Positions 25,948-38,148 of a stretch of DNA of 64,000 nucleotides are shown one piece after another (positions within the stretch are counted from its first letter, which is position 1; the number at the start of each line of letters is the position of its first letter). This DNA comes from Octopus vulgaris. Its lineage: Eukaryota. Both the position numbers and the translations under genes were made by a program. Location of the stretch: positions 25,110,001-25,174,000 of the forward strand of contig OX597825.1 of NCBI GenBank assembly GCA_951406725.2, read 5' to 3'. The notes below the pieces were generated by a model. The model was given only the letters and a program-made list of their open reading frames with translations. It ran no database searches and was not told where the DNA came from.

Positions 25948-26665
25948 AAATAGGGAAAATGAGAATGGTTAACGATCTTAAGGGTTTGTATGTGTGTGCT
26001 ATCCATGGAGGATGAACTTACATTTAGATTTATGAAAGAATTTAAAAGTGTGGAAGAATTTGTGCTTACAAGTAGTGAATGCCTTGTATTTATTAAGCAA
26101 ATGTGGTGAGTTGTGGGTTAAAATTTTGAGGATTCCTTTAAGTAGAGTCCACAACTGGAGTGATATGGGATACCTGAGTTTATTATAGCCCAGGAAAGTT
26201 TATACTATATTTTTCTATTAATTAGATGGTGTAAATGACTGGCTAGTCATGTGGAATTGCTATTCTCTTTATATTTAAATGAGTTTAAATGTGCATAATA
26301 CCTTTGTTTAAAATAGATGCTAGATCTTATATAGTAGCTGCAGGTGTTATTTACTATGCTGTGAACAGTGCTTTGGTATACAACATTGAATCTTCTGCAC
26401 TGGGCTTGTAACAGGCAATCTGTCCTGAATCTGAAGTTGCAGTTATCAGTTCTATGATGGTTATTTGGAGACAGAGAGAGAGAGAGAGTGGGTAGTGCTG
26501 GTAGTGGCTAGGGTAGTATTAGGTGAATCAATCGTGATATTGTTGTTATTATTGCTGTCGTTCCTAGAATTGGCATCAACGCCAGCATTACCATTATTAT
26601 TATCGTCATTACCATTATCAGTGTTGCTGCTGTAATTATCATCATCATCATCATTATCATTATTA

Positions 26666-26735
<70 letters not shown>

Positions 26736-27147
26736 CAGTAGCAGCATAAGTAGCAATATCATTAGTAGTAGTGTTAGTATTAGTGGTGGTAGAGTGGGTG
26801 GTATTAGTGATGCTATTACTGCAGCTATTAGTAGTAGCGTTTGTGGTAGGAAAGTAAGTAGTAGTATCATTTTCAGGAATGGTAATATTGCCATGTGTGC
26901 TAGTATCAATATCACTGCTAGTCCTATTAGTAGCTGAAGTATAGGCATTATTAGTTTTAGTGGTTATAATATAGTTAGTAGTGTAAGTATCAGTATACCT
27001 ATAAGTGTTTGTGTCAGTTTCAGCTGTGTGCCCATTACCCTCGGAAGTGGGGGACTCTATTATGTGTTTAAGTTGTTTAACATGGTCAGGCCAGGGGCAT
27101 TAGATATGTTATTGCGATCGGTATTAGTATTTCCGTTGTGTAGGTCC

Positions 27148-27753
27148 ATACTCTCAACAATGCGCCCTTAAATATGGTTTCTGATTATAAATATCTTGGG
27201 TTATACATATCATCATCTGGAAAAGACTTTCTAACTAGAAAGGGTATGGCCTGGTCAGCCTGTAATGACATGCATAAGATCTGGTCATCAAATCTAAGTA
27301 GAGACTTCAAACTTGAAATCTTCAAAGCCACAGTCGAACCAATTCTACTATATGGCTCAGAAACCTGGACGTTATCAAAGAAGCTTGAGAGGCGATTGGA
27401 TAGAACCTACACTCGCCTCCTTATGAGAGCTCAAAATCTCTCGTGGAAGCACCATCCAACCAAAATGCAAATATATGGGAAACTACCACTTGTGTCATCT
27501 CTTGTGAAAGGTAGGAGAGTCCAGTTTGCTGGACATTGTTGTAGAGCTGAAAAAGAAGTAATTTCTACTCTTCTCCTCTGGAAGCCATCTACTCGCAATA
27601 CCAGAGGGCGCACACTCTCCTACCCTGATGTAATCTCCAGGGATACAGGCATCCAGCAACAGGACCTCCATAATGCCATGATGGACTATGAAGTCTGGCG
27701 TAGCATGGTAAATTCCATTGTCTCGACCACGGTCGAACAATGATGATGATGAT
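27148..27753 (+). mobile_element. Second RTE-clade LINE 3' end inserted into the PLE
   Basis: ORF 27174-27743: YKYLG, LLYGSETWTL, RRVQFAGHC; (tga)n tail right after the stop. Confidence 0.9.
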
Positions 27754-27929
27754 GTATTTAGATAGTAAGAGCTAAGATGAGGTGATAATAGATTCTATAT
27801 CTGGTGTAGATGAATAGGATAATTTCAAAGTGGATCTGTTAAAGATAGAACAGTACTTATCATTATGTGGGAAATTGGATTCTACCATTTTAAAGAATGC
27901 TTTAGCGAGGCCCTTAACGTTTAAGTCTC

Positions 27930-28370
27930 ATCTACCCTACCAAATTGGATTTAGGATGAATCAGTAAAAATATATTAGACACAGTCATAGCCTCTATTAG
28001 AGAGAAACTAGGTGTAAACTTATGGTCCTGCACAGGCAAGGTCATCACCTGGTTCTATCTGCTTTAAAACAAAAACATATCCTCTCCTCCAGTTATTGAC
28101 ATCAATAATTACTATGCCTCTATATCACCTATCCTCTTTAAAAATACCCTTACTTTAGCTAAAAACCTAACCAACACAACCTTGGAAATTGATGTAATTC
28201 TATCTGCCAGGCAGGCCCTCATATCCTTCAATAATAAGCTTTGATCCCACACTAACATCAACACTAACTCCTTTGATATAACCATGGGTTCATCCGACTC
28301 TGCTCAAATTATAGATCTAGTTGAATTGTACCTCCTTCAACAGCTCTACACACAATTCCCCCATATCTAT
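27930..28370 (+). pseudogene. Penelope-like reverse transcriptase fragment (opposite orientation to its 3' part)
   Basis: PTKLDLG*ISKNILD...NLWSCTGKVITWF...IDINNYYASI...FDITMGSSDSAQIIDLVELYLL. Confidence 0.8.
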
Positions 28371-28581
28371 GTGTGTGTGTATGTATGTATATATATATAT
28401 ATATATATATAAATTATTAGAGAGTTACCACTATGTGGATAGCTCTCTAATAATTTATGTGGTAACTCTCTAATAATTTATGTATAAATTTGTATTATCT
28501 CCCTAGTTTTATGTGCTAAGCCACTTGGTGTTAAATTGATGGTATTATTAAATTAATATCAAATTTTTCACCCTCATTTAT

Positions 28582-28612
<31 letters not shown>

Positions 28613-28615
<3 letters not shown>

Positions 28616-28710
28616 CTCCTTCTTTCCTGAGCGTCCAATAATACTATACTTGTTCCACGTCCTCGCGTTGTTGTGTTTTCTCTTTGTGTTTTCATGTTTG
28701 AATTAACTAT
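28613..28710 (+). mobile_element. Short PLE-type tail fragment in (TA)n
   Basis: Near identical to 50254-50360, the part downstream of the hammerhead. Confidence 0.75.
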
Positions 28711-28924
28711 ATATATATATATATATATACTACTAACAATATAGGATGAAGTCACTTTCTCTACAGAAAAGAATTCCATCAAGAAGCGTGGCAGTATATT
28801 AAAAAAACCTTTACGGTTGAAATATAAACATCTTATAAGCAAGGGCTAAAGAAGATTATTCTAAAGCCAATATACTAATTATCCACTTATAATCCACTTG
28901 TTACAGGAAAATTTTCCTGTAACA

Positions 28925-29260
28925 AGCATGGGTTGGACGGTTCAACTGGGGTCTGGGGAGCCCGAAGGCAGCACCAGGCCAGTCAGATCTGGCAGTGTTT
29001 CTACAGCTGGATGCCCTTCCTAACGCCAACCACTCCGAGAGTGTAGTGGGTGATTTTATGTGCCACCGACACAGGTGCCAGACGAGGCTGGCGAACAGCC
29101 ACGCTCAGATGGTGTTTTTTATGTGCCACCGACACAGGTGCCAGACGAGGCTGGCAGACGGCCACGCTCGGATGGTGTTTTTATGTGCCACAGACACAGG
29201 TGCCAGATGAGGCTGGCAAACGGCCACGATCGGATGGTGTTTGTTACGTGCCCACAGCAC
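28925..29260 (-). mobile_element. RTE 3' UTR fragment lacking its tail
   Basis: Starts at agcatgggttggacgg directly after a 30-bp palindrome. Confidence 0.9.
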
Positions 29261-29730
29261 AAAAATGGAGAAAGCATGTTAAAATCAAAATTGGATTTAA
29301 TACATAAGAACGTTTCAAAAGATAATACAAATATTTTAAAAAAAAAAAAAAAAATTTTTAATTATAATTATAATTAAAGTTATGTCTTGTCATTCTCATC
29401 AATATAAAGAATTTAAGGAAGAACATCAAAAAGGTTATTAAAAGTCAATAAGTAAAAACAGATGGGGTAATAGGGACAATTCAACTGGGTATTTACAAAC
29501 GAGTTGTAAAAGGGAAAAAAATAATTAGAGAAACGAAAAAGAAAGACATCAATGTGTGTGCAAGTCTATTTGTGCAAAAAATATCTATAACTTAATATAT
29601 GTAAAAGATTGAGACAAAACATCGCGTAAACAACAAGACAAATACACGTGTCTAGCAAATATAAACACGTTCACTAATAAAAAAAGCCATAGAGAGTTAC
29701 ACGTATAAATATTTATATTGAAAAGGAAAA

Positions 29731-30125
29731 TCTTTATATATAAAAGAGAGGTTGTGTGTCTGTCTCCTACGATTTAGATTCCTAACTACTCCCACATTTT
29801 GCGGTGCAGTTAAACCAAAAGCGGGTATCTTATAGTCGTGATTCATATCGAGCCCTTCTGGGTATTAGCGCGCGTCTACGATGAGTCTACGATTAAAAAA
29901 AATTTACCATCATTTTTTTCCATTTTAATGCATTTTTTCGCTATTATATAAGGAAGTAACTCTCTAAAAATGGCTACGATGAGTCAACGATTTAAAAAAA
30001 AATTTACCATCATTTTTTTCCCATTTATAATGCATTTTTTTGCTATTTTTTGGCTATAACTCTCTAAAAATGCTTATATAGTTATTTCCCTTACAAACCC
30101 GAGCAACGCCGGGCGATACTGCTAG
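29731..30125 (+). mobile_element. Non-autonomous Helitron
   Basis: A|TC 5' end, subterminal hairpin cccgagcaacgccggg, CTAG|T 3' end, no TSD; copies at 40321 and 46206. Confidence 0.9.
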
Positions 30126-30388
30126 TATATTATAATACGCATCTAACTAAATAATAAAACTATATTTAAAATTGATTTAGAGTATGAACAGTTATGGTTA
30201 TTAAACAATGAAAAAAACCTAAAAACTTAATAGGGAAAAAACTTACCATCATAATAGTAATACATAAAGCAACAGAAGAAAAATATATATATATATATAT
30301 ATAATATTAATTAAGGGTAGAAATTGATATTTATCAATTAAGACCAGTGGTCTAGCATATTAAAAAAGAATCCGAAGATTAAAATATT

Positions 30389-30603
30389 TATATATACCAA
30401 TTAAGGACTGAACACGAAAAGTGGACAGTCAACATGCTAGATATAGACGTCAAATCGTCATTCTCCACAAAAGATTATGTTCTCAGATCAAACTCAACAA
30501 ACTGTTGAGTTTGATCTGAGAACATAATCTTTTGTGGAGAATGACGATTTGACGTCTATATCTAGCATGTTGACTGTCCACTTTTCGTGTTCAGTCCTTA
30601 ATT

Positions 30604-30613
<10 letters not shown>
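30389..30613. repeat. Perfect inverted repeat, 111-bp arms, 3-nt spacer
   Basis: ...tcaaactcaaca-aac-tgttgagtttga... centre at 30501. Confidence 0.95.
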
Positions 30614-30652
<39 letters not shown>

Positions 30653-31363
30653 TCTGTATTTAAAAATCTCTAATTTAAAATTTGCCCAGTGTAGGAGAGT
30701 TAATCATAAATGAATAAAAATAGATGAAGGAAAATTATTAATTCACAAGGAATAAATATGTATACATCTATCACAAATATACACACATACATACACATAT
30801 ATGAGTACATGTGTATGGGAAGATACATAAATATAACTTATTCACATAAAACAAAAAAATACATATACACATATACACATACACACATACAATACATATA
30901 TACACATACACACACACATATACATAGATATAGATTATACATACACATATATATACATATACATACACACATACATATACACACATATACATATATATAC
31001 ATATATATAAACATACATATATATATACATCCACACATACATAAATATACACATATATACATATATAAACTCATATATACACATATACATATACATACAC
31101 ACATACACAGACATACCTAAACATATACACTTTTATATATATATACATACATTGCACATACATACACACATATACACTTACAAATATACATATAAATACA
31201 CAAATATACACAGTCATATACATATAAATATATATACATACATGCATGCACACATACATACACAAAATATATATATATATATACATAGGAGGAGAATTCA
31301 CAAAGGTAGGTGGTGTAGACAACAAACAGATGTATTAGTATAACACTTGGGAAGTGAAAAAGT

Positions 31364-31399
31364 CTTTAACCTTTCGAGCCTATGCTCTTCTACAGAAAG
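31364..31399 (-). ncRNA. Minimal hammerhead-like fold (A6U variant)
   Basis: cttt-CTGTAGA-a-gagc-atag-gctc-GAA-aggt-T-aaag. Confidence 0.5.
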
Positions 31400-31559
31400 G
31401 AACACAGAAAGAAACAAGGAGAGAAACGTATATATATACACACACACATACTCATATACATACACACACACACACATATAAATATACATATACATACACA
31501 GACATAATATACAGATGGACACATGCATGTGTGTGCAGTATATATGCAAGTAGGGGGTA

Positions 31560-31845
31560 TAACATAACCAATTAAGGGATAAGATGTAGAATAAGAACTA
31601 ATAACAAGAATACGGGGTTATCAATAAAAAAACTATTTAAGGTTAATGAAAAGAAATCAAGACATATATATATATTTACAAGAAAAAACTCTCTCATCTC
31701 TCGAATTTAAGATAGAACCATTCATTTTCATAATTATATAAGACTCTTCTAGGCATAAAAGACAAGTTCTACTGCGAATCCTATAAGAAGGAGCAGAAGA
31801 AATAATATTCCAAGAAATTGAGAAATTTATGATATCTTTTAAGTT
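31560..31845 (-). pseudogene. Penelope-like GIY-YIG C-terminal fragment
   Basis: SISWNIISSAPSYRIRSRTCLLCLEESYII...LNSRDE...SC in ORF 31657-31890. Confidence 0.75.
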
Positions 31846-31849
31846 GCCT

Positions 31850-32135
31850 GACCTTTTTTGATAGAGTTTGACCACCTCCTGTACATACACCTAAGAAGCA
31901 TCATGGCATCTGATGAGGCTTTTTAGACCAGACAATGTTTTGAAAAGACACCCACATAGATTGCATATCCGATTTGGACCAGTAAGAACTGCAGGTAAGT
32001 TCTGATCTTAGTGGATCTTAAAATGTCTTTTGAGGCCTCCATTTTATTTGCAAACCTTCTGGGATACATTGCATTGAAAGGTGTGCAGAATAGTCGGTGG
32101 AGGTTGGTTTTCCATGGGGTCAAAAATGAGACATA
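31850..32135 (-). pseudogene. LINE 3' fragment with two degenerate C2H2 fingers
   Basis: FQCNVSQKVCK*NGGLKRHFKIH and ICNLCGCLFKTLSGLKSLIRCH on the minus strand. Confidence 0.5.
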
Positions 32136-32137
32136 TA

Positions 32138-32267
<130 letters not shown>

Positions 32268-32361
32268 GGGAGAGTTCATGAAAAAACAAAAGACGAAGAC
32301 AGGTAGTGTACAAAACAAAACAAACAGATGTATTAGTATAACACTCAGGAATTGAAAAAGT

Positions 32362-32397
32362 CTTTTACATTTCGAGCCTACGCTCTTCTACAGAAAG
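32362..32397 (-). ncRNA. Minimal hammerhead-like fold (A6U variant)
   Basis: cttt-CTGTAGA-a-gagc-gtag-gctc-GAA-atgt-A-aaag. Confidence 0.55.
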
Positions 32398-32462
32398 GGA
32401 CACAGAAAAAGCAAGGAGAGAAAAAAAATGTGTGTGGTGGCTACCGATCTATCATATATATG

Positions 32463-33690
32463 CAGGAGTTGGACAAAATAATGGAAAATAGCATCATAAT
32501 TTTGAAATATCTTTAAAACCATCAAAAGCTTGTTTATTTTTATATCTTTTTTTAATATTAGTGTTGCTCAATATGTTTTGCTAAAATTGCTGCTTCTTTT
32601 CAGATATCATCAGAAAAATGTAATTAAAATTCATTAAATTGACAGATCTATTGGACTTTCAAAGAGGTCAAATTGTTGGTGCACATATGACAGGCACTAG
32701 CATAATGAAAACAGGTGAAATGTTTGGTGTATCAAGAAGAGCTGTCTCAAAAGCAATGACGGTCTTAGCAAAAGAGGGAAAAACTTCCTCGTTGAAACAA
32801 AACTCCAGAAGAAAACCAAGACTTCCAGATAGGGACCATCACTCTCACATGAATTGCTAGAAAGGATCACAAAAGTACAGCTCCCAAACTTACTGCAGAG
32901 CTTAATTACCACCTCGAGAACCCAATTTCAACTAAAACCATTTACCAGGAGCTGCACAAAGCTGGATTTCACAGTAGGGCCACAATCAGAAAACCACTAA
33001 TTCCAAAAACAAACGCTGCAAAGCATTTAGAGTGGAGTAAAAACCTACAGAATTGGTCCCTAGAGCAGTGGAAGGATTCTATTTTCTCAGACGAGTCATC
33101 CTTTACCTTATTTCCAACCACCGGCCAAGTATACGCGTGGAAACAGCCAAAAGAAGCATTTGACCCAGACTGCCTTCTTCCAACTGATGGAGGAAGATCT
33201 GTGGTGATTGTGGGTAGGGGGCTATATCTTGGAAATCCACCAGCCCAATGGTTTCTCTTCATAGCAGAATTAATAGTCAAGACTATTTAAACATTTTATC
33301 TCATCAAATTCATCACATGGTTGCAGAACCATTTCTGGAGGGAAACGCAATCTTTGAGGATGATAATACACCAATTCCTACAGCTAAAGTTGTTACTGAA
33401 TGGCACAAGGAACATTCTAGTGAAGTTGAACATCTTATCTGGCCACCACAATCCCCAGATCTAAATATTACTGAAGATTTATGGTGCATTTTAGAAAAAC
33501 AAGTAAGGGGTCGATATCCTCCACCATCATCACTACAAGGACTGGAGACTGTTTTAGCAGAAGAATGGACAAAAATTCCTTTTCAAACAATTCAAACTTT
33601 GTGCGAGTCCATGCCTCATAGACTTCAAGCTGTAATTACAGCCAAAGGTGATCCTATCCCATATTAAAACAAATTTGTTTGAATTTATAT
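32463..33690 (+). mobile_element. Decayed Tc1/mariner transposon (transposase 32639-33667, frameshifted)
   Basis: Left TIR-like caggagttggacaaaataatggaaa; FQRGQIVGA HTH, FSDESSF, FEDDN, WPPQSPDLNITE; right TIR not found. Confidence 0.9.
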
Positions 33691-33701
33691 GCAAGTATAT
33701 A

Positions 33702-33710
33702 TCTATACAC

Positions 33711-33759
<49 letters not shown>

Positions 33760-34357
33760 CTTAAGAAACCTTCACTCGATCCAACTCCCCCTCTTTCACA
33801 CTCATTTATTATTGTCACTTCATTAATTCACCTAATTTTGTCACAGTTTGGCTAACCGAAAACTTTTAGTTAAAGCTCTAGCTAAGAATTTCAAATGCCC
33901 AATTCTATCACATTATTATCATAACATTCTCTCATACAGGCAGCCTGAGATTTTGCTGTTTCGCGGCAATGTTAAACCCCATTTGTGAAATTATGTTACC
34001 CTAAATCCCAAAATTCGATCTCCTCATGTTCTACCTTTGACCAGCCTAACTCTGGTCTTTCTCTCTCTCTCACTTTCGATAACCACCTGCTTCTTCCAAC
34101 ACTTTGCCTCTGCTCCCCACCCCACCCCACCCTATATAAACTAGCTCATTCAGATTCCCTATCTCATAATCTAACACCTCATCAAAAGGAGTGGATAATC
34201 AGATGTTCAGATAAGCAATCTATTTTTCTCAACCCAGTACACCTTAACCTCTCTTTTTTTCAGTGCAGTCACATGACCAAAACAAATAAAAGAACATTTT
34301 TTTTTAAATAGAAACTATGCCATTTTAATCCCAAGCAATGCCAGGTATCTCTGCTAG
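33702..34357 (+). mobile_element. Non-autonomous Helitron (older)
   Basis: A|TCTATA...(TA)n start; cccaagcaatgccagg-tatctctg-CTAG|T end, matching the terminus at 1174. Confidence 0.6.
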
Positions 34358-34589
34358 TTAAATCTGAAATTGTATCTGCCTAGATCCTCATTAACCTGTA
34401 AAATACCTTTAGCAAAGCACCTCCAACATGGTAAGGCTCAATAACTGGACTTTTTTACAGTTCAAAAGAAGAACCAGTGTAGTTTGCGTATTTGGTCTTT
34501 TCAAAACATTTCCATTTCTCTGATGACATTCAATATATCATTAATCTTCCAGTCACTAATATAAACCTTTCAATATACATACTGCATCC

Positions 34590-35140
34590 CCACAGTCACT
34601 CACATTACATCTTCCCAATCACTAACTTATACTGCATTCCCACCATCACTCATATCCCCCACTGTCACCCATATTTCCACTGTCACTCACACAACCACCG
34701 TCATTTACATTGCACGTCCACCATCACTCACATCCCCAGTCATTCACAACCCCACTGTCACTCAAATCCTTACCATCACACATCCTCACCATCACTCACA
34801 TATCTACCATCACTCACATACCTACCATCATTCACATTCCAACCTCACCATCATTCACATACCTGCCATCATGCACATTCCAACCCCACCATCTCTCACA
34901 CCCCACCCCACCATCCTCACATCCCCACCATCACTCACATTCCAACCCCACCATCTCTCACCCCCCACCCCACCATCACTCACATTCCAACCCACCATCT
35001 CTCACCCCCCACCCCACCATCACTCACATTCCAACCCCACCATCTCTCACACCCCACCCCACCATCCTCACATCCTCACCATCATTCACATCTCCACTAT
35101 CATTCACACCTCCACCATCACTCACATCCCCACCACTTGA
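34590..35140. repeat. C/A-rich degenerate minisatellite (catcactcacattccaaccccacc-type units)
   Basis: Direct reading; source of the H/P/T-rich ORFs. Confidence 0.85.
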
Positions 35141-35287
35141 CCGACTGCGACTGCATTACTTTATCATATGAAACTAACCTAATTACATTTCAAATTATTT
35201 TTTAAAGTCTTAAATAAAAAAATAAAAAATAAATAAATGGGACAACTTTTTGTTGTTTTTTTTTTTTTTTTTTCAAATATTTCCTAC

Positions 35288-35350
35288 CTTCATTGAGCGT
35301 CTTTGTGTTGAGTCCACTTTGATTTTAATGCCAGAATATGATTTAAAAGT
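35288..35350 (-). CDS. Candidate 63-nt internal exon of an unidentified host gene (TFKSYSGIKIKVDSTQRRSMK)
   Basis: ttttatattcAG acceptor, aag|GTagga donor, length multiple of 3, open in phase 0, non-repetitive sequence. Confidence 0.4.
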
Positions 35351-35707
35351 CTGAATATAAAATATACACAAATATATCAAATATATATATATATACATAT
35401 ATACAAACACATGTATACACACACACAAACACACAAACATGGCCACAATAAATGCATTCATAAAACATTTAACAATATAAAATACACAATCAACATTCAA
35501 GTAGAATATTCTAGAATAAACTGTTCACATTTAGAAACATTTGATGATGCGATTTGCCGCAAAAGACATACAGTGAGGAAGTTAATTATATCAGTTAAGT
35601 TAATGTTGACATATTTCAGGCAGTGGACATTACAAAGCTAGTGATAAATAGTTAAGCAGTGAAGAGAATAACTGCTCTAATTACTTCTCCAAGTCCATAT
35701 GTACGTG

Positions 35708-35748
<41 letters not shown>

Positions 35749-36133
35749 AGGGGAGTAGGCGAGATTACATGAATGAAACACTGATTTCTCTCAATTTGCC
35801 AGGAATTAGCGATGATGGAAAGATTAACTAAGTATACGAGCCGAGCCGGTAACCTATCTATACCCAGGTTGGAATGTGGTTCACAAACAGTAACTTTATA
35901 TGCTGGTGTCCCAGAAAGCCATGGGCTAATAAGATGATTGTGTTGAACACCCTATTGCCAAGAAGGAAGGAAGTTGTTCTCCAAACACATTCCCTACAGC
36001 ATATTTTGAAGCTGAACCTGCATAGACACGTTAAGAATAAATGTGTGAAGATTCACAACTTTAAATTTAAACCGCAGAAAATAAATTGCTGTAAAGTCCC
36101 CTTCATCACAGGAGTAAAAAAAAAAACATTATT

Positions 36134-36429
36134 AGTGGCTGTGTGGTAAGTAGCTTGCTTACCAACCATATGGTTCTGGGTTCAGTCCTACTGCGTAGCA
36201 CCTTGGGCAAGTGTCTTCTACTATAATCTCGGGCTGACCAAAGCCTTGTGAGTGGATTTGGTAGAAGGAAACTGAAAGAAGCCCGTCATATATATATGTA
36301 TATATATATATATGTTGGGGGGACAAACACAGACACACAAACATACACACACACACATACATATATATATATCATCATCATCATTTAACGGAAAGCGGAC
36401 GTTAAATGATGATGATGATGATGATGATG

Positions 36430-36461
<32 letters not shown>

Positions 36462-36677
36462 GTTTGTGTGTCTGTGTTTATCCCCCCAACATCGCTTGAC
36501 AACCGATGCTGGTGTGTTTACGTCCCCGTAACTTAGCGGTCCAGCAAAAGAGACCAATAGAATAAGTACTAGGCTTACTAGGCTTAGAAAGAATAAGTCC
36601 TGGGGTCGATTTGCTCGACTAAAGGCGGTGCTCCAGCATGACCACAGTCAGATGACTGAAACAAGTAAAAGAGTAAA
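36134..36677 (+). mobile_element. tRNA-derived SINE family A (CORE-like ccttgggcaagtgtctt), full length, with internal foldback
   Basis: gtggctgtgtggtaag A box, ggttcagtcc B box, central (TA)/(TG)n, tail gactgaaacaagtaaaagag. Confidence 0.9.
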
Positions 36678-37329
36678 TACCTTTCGGCAAGTTATATAAG
36701 AAAGCCGTATGGTTGAATAGTTAAAAAGTTTGCTTTGTAATCATAAAGTCTTATGTTCAATCCCACTGCATGTATCATTTTCCCAGCATACTGAGTTGAC
36801 CCAAGTGTTGTAACTAAAAAGGGTAGATGGAAACTGTGTGTACCTGTAATTTAATGTTTCATCCTTGTCACAATGTCATGCCAGGAATCTTTGTCCTAAC
36901 CTCCACTAGTTTTTGCAGGTCTTCAGTTTCATGCTTTGATACTTGCCTCTTATACATCAATTCAATGAATAGTCTGTTCACTTGACCAAACAACAATGAA
37001 TACACATCATAGAAAACCATTTATTATATGGCCAACAAGGCATACTAGCGACTTAGTCGAAAATGTGAGACAACTGTAGAAGACACCATAATAACTATGC
37101 AGTGGGAAATCAAAACTAGAAAACAAGGTTGCAACTGAAGAGAGTCTCTTCCCTATCTTGGGCCTGGGGTGGTTTGAAGCAAGGCTAAGGTAATTCAGTT
37201 GCTGTAGGATGGGACCTCACAGACTTTCAGCCCCCAAATCTTGCAAATGCATGATGTCAACAACCCTGAATCACTGATTACCAACATGATGTTGTGTTTA
37301 TATATTTTGCTCTAAGTTTCAGTGAAGCA

Positions 37330-37390
<61 letters not shown>

Positions 37391-37642
37391 ACATATATAT
37401 ATATAATAAAGGGTAAAATCATAAATGATTTTTATCAAGTGGTCAGCACAGAAATAAAACCTGGTAGGTAAATTTTTATAAATATTTATAAAATATTTAT
37501 ACATATACATATATATATACATATATACATATATACACACACACATACACATATATATATATAAACACAAGAAGAAAAAAACGACACAAGGACGTGGTAC
37601 ATGCAAAGTATTAAAAGATGCTCAAGAAAGGGAAGAAAGGGT

Positions 37643-37677
37643 GTTTTACGTTTCGAGCAAAGCTCTTCTTCAGAAAC
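37643..37677 (-). ncRNA. Minimal type-I hammerhead ribozyme, intact consensus core
   Basis: gttt-CTGAAGA-a-gagc-ttt-gctc-GAA-acgt-A-aaac: stem I gttt/aaac, stem II gagc/gctc, palindromic stem III, GUA site. Confidence 0.75.
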
Positions 37678-37761
37678 AAGAGACAGAGGAAAGTCCAAGA
37701 GAAAAGGAAGGCAGGAAAAAAATCACCAACAACCCACATGTAGTTACATTTTATATACAAA

Positions 37762-38148
37762 GGTGCAGGTGAGGCTGAATGGTAAGAAGTTTGCTTCCCA
37801 ACCACATGGTTCCAGGTTCAGTCCCACTGCATGGAACCTTGGACAAATGTCTTCTACTATAGCCTTGGGTCAACCAAAGCCTTGTGACTGGATTCGGTAG
37901 ACGGAAACTGAAAAAAGCCCATTGTATGTGTGTGTGTGTGTCTGTCTGTGTTTATCCCTTGCTGCCACTTGACAACTGATGCTGGTGTGTTTATGTCACC
38001 ATAACTTAGCAGTTTGGCAAAAGAGACCAATAGAATAAGTACTAGGCTTACAATTAATATGCCCTGGGATCAATTTGTTTAACTAAAACCATTTAAGACA
38101 GTGCTCTAGCATGGCCAGTCAAATGACTAAAACAAGTAAAAGAATAAA
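37762..38148 (+). mobile_element. SINE family A, full length
   Basis: Homologous end to end with 36134-36677. Confidence 0.9.

Larger units (their letters stand above)
25850..27925 (-). mobile_element. Penelope-like element, 3' part (linker, GIY-YIG endonuclease, tail), decayed
   Basis: Minus-strand translation AKAFFKMVESNFPHNDKYCSIFNRSTLKLSYS (27760-27925) and CRRFNVVYQSTV...YYIRSSIYFKQRLCTHLNSFK...SWAII...CGLYLKE (~26120-26450). Confidence 0.8.

Noticed and set aside
26508-26948. Hydrophobic 146-aa ORF resembling a membrane protein
   Set aside because: Product of trinucleotide repeats within the PLE linker
31905-31940. CTGATGAG hammerhead-like core
   Set aside because: No GAAA after stem II; it is the antisense of a LINE zinc-finger coding stretch
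34492-35205. His/Pro/Thr-rich 237-aa ORF
   Set aside because: C/A-rich minisatellite open in all three frames
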